Below, piece by piece: positions 59,701-64,000 of a stretch of DNA of 64,000 bases (the first letter of the stretch is position 1; each line of letters begins with the position of its first letter). The position numbers and the translations under genes were made by a program. Under the pieces are notes generated by a model. It ran no database searches. It had not been told where the DNA came from and saw nothing but the letters and a program-made list of their open reading frames with translations. Origin of the DNA: Eledone cirrhosa (Eukaryota); assembly GCA_964016885.1 (NCBI GenBank), contig OZ024746.1, forward strand, positions 26,846,001-26,910,000, written 5' to 3'.

Positions 59701-61734
59701 CATCTCCACCGTGAGCTTCAATGATCACCTCCGCCCATGTTTTTCGTGGTCTACCTCTACCACGTCTTCCTTCAACTGGCAATTCCTGGCACTTCACCCA
59801 TCGGTCATCCTCCATGCGCATCACATGTCCATACCACCTCAGTCTCCTCTCCTGTACACTACATTCTATCCCTCTCGGACACAGTTTCTCTCTCAACACA
59901 TTTAAGCTGGGTCGTTCACGCACATTTACACTGCACATCCAACAGAGCATGCTTGCCTCATTTCTCTCCAGCCGTCTCATGTCCTCTGCAGTTACTGCCA
60001 TGTCTCACTACCATGCAGCATTGCGCTCCTCACACAGGCATCATACAACCGGCCTTTCATACGCATGGAGAAACCCTTCTTCGTCATGGTAACCATGTGG
60101 TTACCAATTGCCTGTATTCTGGTCGTCTCAGATTTTTTTTCCTGTTAATCTTCTGAAATGTTTATTTTTGAAACAATTCCTCTATAAAGAGAACATTGTT
60201 GAAATGATTTTGTTTATTAATTTCTCTCTAAAGAGGAAATATATGTCATGAAGACTGCCCTTCCCTCCCTCGTTATGGACACTGTCTAATGTTAATTTTG
60301 TTTTGTTATAAATTGTTTGTGGTATTTATTTAACTTTAAAGGTCCTGTGCTGCATCAAATCACATTAGCAAGACGTTCTTGAAAAGCACAAAACAAGACT
60401 GACTGCATCGCATTAAAAATTAAAGTTTTTACTCTAATACTGCAACTTTTCTCAACAATTTGTTCACTAGTAAAGATACTATAAACATTTGAATTAACAA
60501 ACCCTATTTTAGATAATTTCTGCTCAATTATTACAAGATATAAAGAGTTGATTAAATTTAATTTCTTTTTTCTTCAGATGCTGCTGGAAAGAATTCTCTT
60601 AGTTTTCTAGAGAACAGACCTAATAATCAAATAATAAATAGCACCAACACTGAATCAACAAATTCTTCAAGTTACCCAGATTATTTAAACTATCTTCGAT
60701 CTTTAAAGCCACAGCTTCAATCTGGATATTTTCCTAAAGTTTTAAGTAACAGAAATTCCAATGTAGGGAACAATAATTTTAATAATATGCTCTCTCAGCC
60801 TATGTCATCATCAAGTCAACAATTATCTCATTTCCCAGTTGACTCTCAAGCATCTGATCGTAACAAATCTTTTCCATTGTCTACACACCAACTGGGTTCT
60901 CATTCACTGTCACTTCCAACTACATCACTTCAAAAACAAATGCCTCTACAAAAAGATACTGATATCTGCATTATTAGTGATGATGAAGGTAAAATGGACA
61001 ATGAATCTGAGGTAATCATTAATGCTCCTACTTTGAATGTCAGCAGTAGCACAACTGACAGCCGCAGTAATACTGATATTATTACTACAAATAAAACTTC
61101 ATCTTCATTCATTCATTCACCTGCTTTAGATTTACCTGTCATGATGGATAATATCCCATTGCCGCAAACTAACACAAACACATCAAACATCAATATTTCA
61201 TCTCAGTCCCCATTTAATTCTGATTCATATATTAGATCATCTCCCAAATTGTCACAAGTTGTAGAACTGGGAAATAGCACTAGCGATAGCAGTTGTGCTA
61301 TGGATCCTCAACAGATTGGCTCAAATGACTTTTCAACCCGTTCACTTCTACCAACATTTTCATCAATCTCACAATCTGAAAATCACCACCAACATCCAGG
61401 GCATCGACAGCCCCAGATTGCACCTATTCCTGTTTCTAACTCAGGCCTCTCTTCTGCAACAAACTTGAATATGTCCCCTTCTGATTTTAGTCCTCTATAC
61501 ATGCCTAACTTCAACTGTAGCAACAACATGCTATCGCCACACATGTTGACAAATAAAAAGTCAGGACAACCTTCTATTGATAATTCTGGCTATAATTCCC
61601 TTTCCACTTTCCCACCTTCAATTATGAATCAAGCACCAATCAACAATAACAACAATCCTGATAACCTGAATCCAATGACCAACACTACTGAGCCAAATCT
61701 CTCACACTCACAAACTCTTTCATCTTTACTTTAA
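33549..61734 (+). CDS. RAD54L2: Helicase ARIP4 / RAD54-like 2 (SNF2-family ATPase, ATRX/ARIP4 group), 20 coding exons, about 2218 aa
   Basis: Exons 33549-34429, 35339-35538, 39004-39081, 41024-41265, 42342-42690, 44471-44641, 45800-45914, 46455-46682, 47815-47992, 48983-50674, 51519-51637, 52496-52599, 53195-53294, 53687-53892, 54013-54086, 55344-55442, 55862-56052, 57859-58046, 58709-58993, 60578-61734 all have GT-AG sites and compatible phases (6657 nt in total). Motifs: [27 protein letters not shown] (Walker A), DEGH (Walker B), [65 protein letters not shown]. An in-frame TAA at 33513 supports ATG 33549 as the start. Confidence 0.93.
34730..35275 (-). mobile_element. Old antisense RTE RT fragment in RAD54L2 coding intron 1
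   Basis: Minus strand aagactggctgtccatggaacttctgtatgctgatgac (KTGCPW-LLYADD) with decayed PHD and GWKKF motifs. Confidence 0.75.
35561..38283 (+). mobile_element. 5'-truncated RTE LINE with intact RT and PHD in RAD54L2 coding intron 2 (same subfamily as 22233-24963)
   Basis: Open from DAFDSKEEQ to TAA at 37760 with YADD intact; 3'UTR has an internal ~118-bp tandem duplication; (GAT)n tail runs into (ATT)n. Confidence 0.92.
38330..38535 (+). mobile_element. SINE family A (diverged)
   Basis: tggcagtgtcggtagag...gagttcaaatc...gggtcgataaaataaag. Confidence 0.7.
39129..39512 (+). mobile_element. RTE 3'UTR-derived fragment with about 4.5 copies of a 48-bp unit
   Basis: ggtgtcacgacaaaaagcacccagccyacactgtaaagtggycgtgta repeats, followed by the RTE tail ...ggacgtaaaacggtgatgatg. 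Confidence 0.75.
42342..42690 (+). CDS. RAD54L2: RAD54L2 exon with SNF2 motif I/Ia
   Basis: [10 protein letters not shown]...[11 protein letters not shown]...[13 protein letters not shown]; tttcag| and |gtaagt. Confidence 0.95.
42826..44110. mobile_element. Non-autonomous hAT-Charlie-like DNA transposon
   Basis: TIRs cagtggttctca / tgagaaccactc with a perfect 8-bp TSD atatagac (42818-42825 and 44111-44118). Confidence 0.8.
45400..45740 (+). mobile_element. Decayed RTE 3' fragment
   Basis: Remnants of WMCNV...[11 protein letters not shown]...GRLKKTW and an aacccgtccaatccaagcaagc-type tail. Confidence 0.55.
48120..48600 (-). mobile_element. Decayed RTE-clade 3' fragment
   Basis: Minus strand [12 protein letters not shown]...[12 protein letters not shown]. 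Confidence 0.6.
48629..48812 (+). mobile_element. SINE family A with a 13-bp TSD
   Basis: Flanked by attatttcactag at 48616-48628 and 48813-48825. Confidence 0.88.
48983..50674 (+). CDS. RAD54L2: RAD54L2 large exon carrying an Asn/Ser/Cys/Met-rich insert
   Basis: Begins IWNHPD after tttag, stays open for 564 codons, and ends SSDW|gtaagt in phase with the next exon [22 protein letters not shown]. Confidence 0.88.
55461..55650. repeat. 32-bp minisatellite (about 6 copies)
   Basis: Unit gttgatattgatttactaaaacatcaataata, which contains an internal inverted repeat. Confidence 0.85.
56419..56975. repeat. 41-bp minisatellite (about 13.5 copies)
   Basis: Unit gataatgacactaggtttcaaccagtttgatctgtggttat, with no unique spacers. 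Confidence 0.92.
59596..60090 (-). mobile_element. RTE 3' fragment with tail
   Basis: [11 protein letters not shown]...[13 protein letters not shown]...GRGRPRKTW followed by gcaagcaggaaaagcggacgtaaaatgatg. Confidence 0.8.
60578..61734 (+). CDS. RAD54L2: RAD54L2 terminal exon (Ser/Asn/Pro-rich tail)
   Basis: Acceptor tcttcag; phase-1 continuation; open to TAA at 61732-61734. Confidence 0.75.
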
Positions 61735-62157
61735 TCTCGAAAAGTCGTCAACAATTCTGTGGTTTGTTTTCAAGCAACTTTCACAAAAGATAGTCTTTTC
61801 AGTTGTTTCAATTTTCTTCTGCTACCGAACTACTTATTTCACAAATGATATGTCATCATATCTTATAACAAGAAAAAATATTTTGAATATATGAATTTCA
61901 ATTTTCAATTAAAAGAAACACATTTTACTATTTCAGGATTAGAAAAGACTTGGTTTAACAATTTCTTTCCATGTGTTAGTAATTTCCTTGAATCACCTAT
62001 CATAACATTGATATATTTATTGAAACTTATCATATTTAAACCATTTATATTCTGTTATCTCACTTTTATTTCAATTTATGAAATATTTTGGTTATAAAAG
62101 TTGGACAATTGATTATTATGACGTATACAATTACTGCTATGTCAACGTGTTTTACAT

Positions 62158-62340
62158 TGGTGTCAATATATTATTGAACTGGGTTTTACTAACAGTGGTG
62201 TTAATATATTACTGAGCTGGGTTTTACTAACAGTGGTGTTAATATATTACTGAGCTGGGTTTTACTAACAGTGGTGTTAAGATATTACAGAGTTGGGTTT
62301 TACTAACAGTGGTGTTAAGAAAGATATTGCAGAGCTGGGC
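62158..62340. repeat. 38-bp minisatellite (about 5 copies), probably in the RAD54L2 3'UTR
   Basis: Unit ggtgttaatatattactgagctgggttttactaacagt. Confidence 0.85.
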
Positions 62341-62689
62341 AACATGAATTAACTAATTACTTTAGGTTAACTAAATGGTATTTTTCAGTGAATCAAAAAC
62401 GTTTTGTTTTGTAGTTTGAACTAGTCTAACATTTCATCATAGTAATTGTAAAAGTATTTTATATTTTGGGGTTGTATTCTGCTGCTTGTCTACCCATAAC
62501 TCCTCTTGTTCACTTATATTGGATAACAGTTTGTATAACATTCTGGATTCTATTTGAAGAAAGTTTTTGTCAAATCTGTTGCCAAAACTAATTGTTTTGT
62601 AGTTGAAGAAAAGTTGTTTGAAATATCTGTAGACTATTTAATGTTGGAAATTTTCAACAGTCTTTTAATATCAACATGAGCCAGTGGAA

Positions 62690-63065
62690 GATTGGATGCC
62701 ATGCTTTGCAGCATAGTTACGCCCCTTTACGGTCTGATTTCAAATCCTGCCGAGGTTAAATTTGCCTTTCATCCTTATGGGGTCGATAAAATAAAACACT
62801 GGGATAATTGCTGGCCTTGTGTCAAAAGTAGAAACTATTATTATTATTATTATTATTGGGCAGCATCAGTAGAGCATCGGATGCCATGCTTTGCAACATA
62901 CATTTACTTCCTTTTACGTTCTGAGTTCAAATACTGCTACAGTTAGCTTTGTCTTCATCCTTACAGGGTTGATAAAATATAGTACCAGTAATGCACTGGG
63001 GTTGATTTAATCGACTTTACGCTTTCCTTCAAATTATTGGCGTTGTGGCAAAAGTAGAAACAATT
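62690..63065 (+). mobile_element. Two diverged SINE family A copies
   Basis: ttcaaatcctgccgagg...tttgcctttcatccttatggggtcgataaaataaa, with a second copy starting at ~62860. Confidence 0.7.
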
Positions 63066-63898
63066 GTTATTGTTATTATTTTCTGTTTGTAATGTTTAAT
63101 GTTTCCAAATGATGTTGACTAAAGAAGTAGATCTCTTGACTTTCTAGTTTTATAAGATCTCACTCCATTAAAAAGTTCATTTCATTTCAATAATGATTTG
63201 ACTTACACTGTATAAACACTTAATACTTCTTCAGAAAGTCTAAATCTTTGATTTCTCATTGTACTGGAGCATTGATCTAAATTTGTATATTTTGTTTTAA
63301 CTCATTATTATTGTGTTGTTTGATTTAATTTTGATTATTTCTATTAGTTTTTTGTTTGACTTAAAGGTAGTTCATTCTCAAGACATTATTTTCTCTAAAG
63401 AAAGTTATTATAGACTGCTATTGGTAGTTATGAGGGAGACATTTGTTGAGACATTCTCATAAATGTTAGATAAACATCAACTTTCTATGTCCTCTAAGCA
63501 CTTCTGCCTTGTCTAAACATTTGTCTTTGAAGCAAACAGTGAGAGAAAACATTGCAATCTATGTTAAATTTTTCCTAACATTAACTTCTAAATATGGAAC
63601 TTTATTTAAATTATGTTGTTTTATAGAACGTTTTTGTCAACATTTAGTATAAATCTACTTCAAATGAATGGTTGCCTTCTTTTATCTGATTGTATTCCAG
63701 TTATCAACATAAACTCTTCGAATTTAGGTCTTTAGTTAAGAAATCTTTCAAATAATGATTAACTTTTCAAAGTTATATTAATGCTTGATTTCAAATACTT
63801 CTCTATATGTCATTGTAATAGCCAATGGAGACGAGTTTATGGTATATATTTTATTTTTCTAGTACCTTATTAATAAATTATCTTGTAGTTTCTGTGAA

Positions 63899-63975
<77 letters not shown>

Positions 63976-64000
63976 TGTGGGTGTATATACAGGTATAACA

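Overview
AT-rich, microsatellite-laden eukaryotic genomic DNA with one 200-N scaffold gap. The repeat content (RTE LINEs with (GAT)n tails, matching tRNA-headed SINEs, multi-kb (TA)n tracts) suggests a cephalopod such as octopus; this is inference. Two spliced host genes lie on the + strand. (1) A 5'-incomplete gene of about 239 aa (exons 700-884, 2037-2171, 2338-2568, 2862-3029) encodes a secreted protein that the ORF track shows only in fragments. Its intron phases (1,0,0,0), exon sizes, helix pattern and motifs resemble long-chain class-I helical cytokines of the IL-6/G-CSF type, and a decayed copy of its signal-peptide exon lies about 5 kb downstream. (2) A complete 20-coding-exon RAD54L2/ARIP4 SNF2 ATPase gene (33549-61734, about 2218 aa) has a large Asn/Ser/Cys/Met-rich insert between its ATPase lobes, and its second coding exon reads in frame into an intact RTE reverse transcriptase ORF in the next intron. 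Between and within the genes lie three long RTE LINE copies with a PHD finger inside the RT, a CR1-type LINE, R4/Dong, L1/Tx1-like and Penelope fragments, a Tc1/mariner, an hAT-Charlie element, a probable solo LTR, two SINE families, several foldback repeats (some with hammerhead-ribozyme-like cores) and minisatellites. The best candidate for novel biology is the putative invertebrate IL-6-like cytokine.
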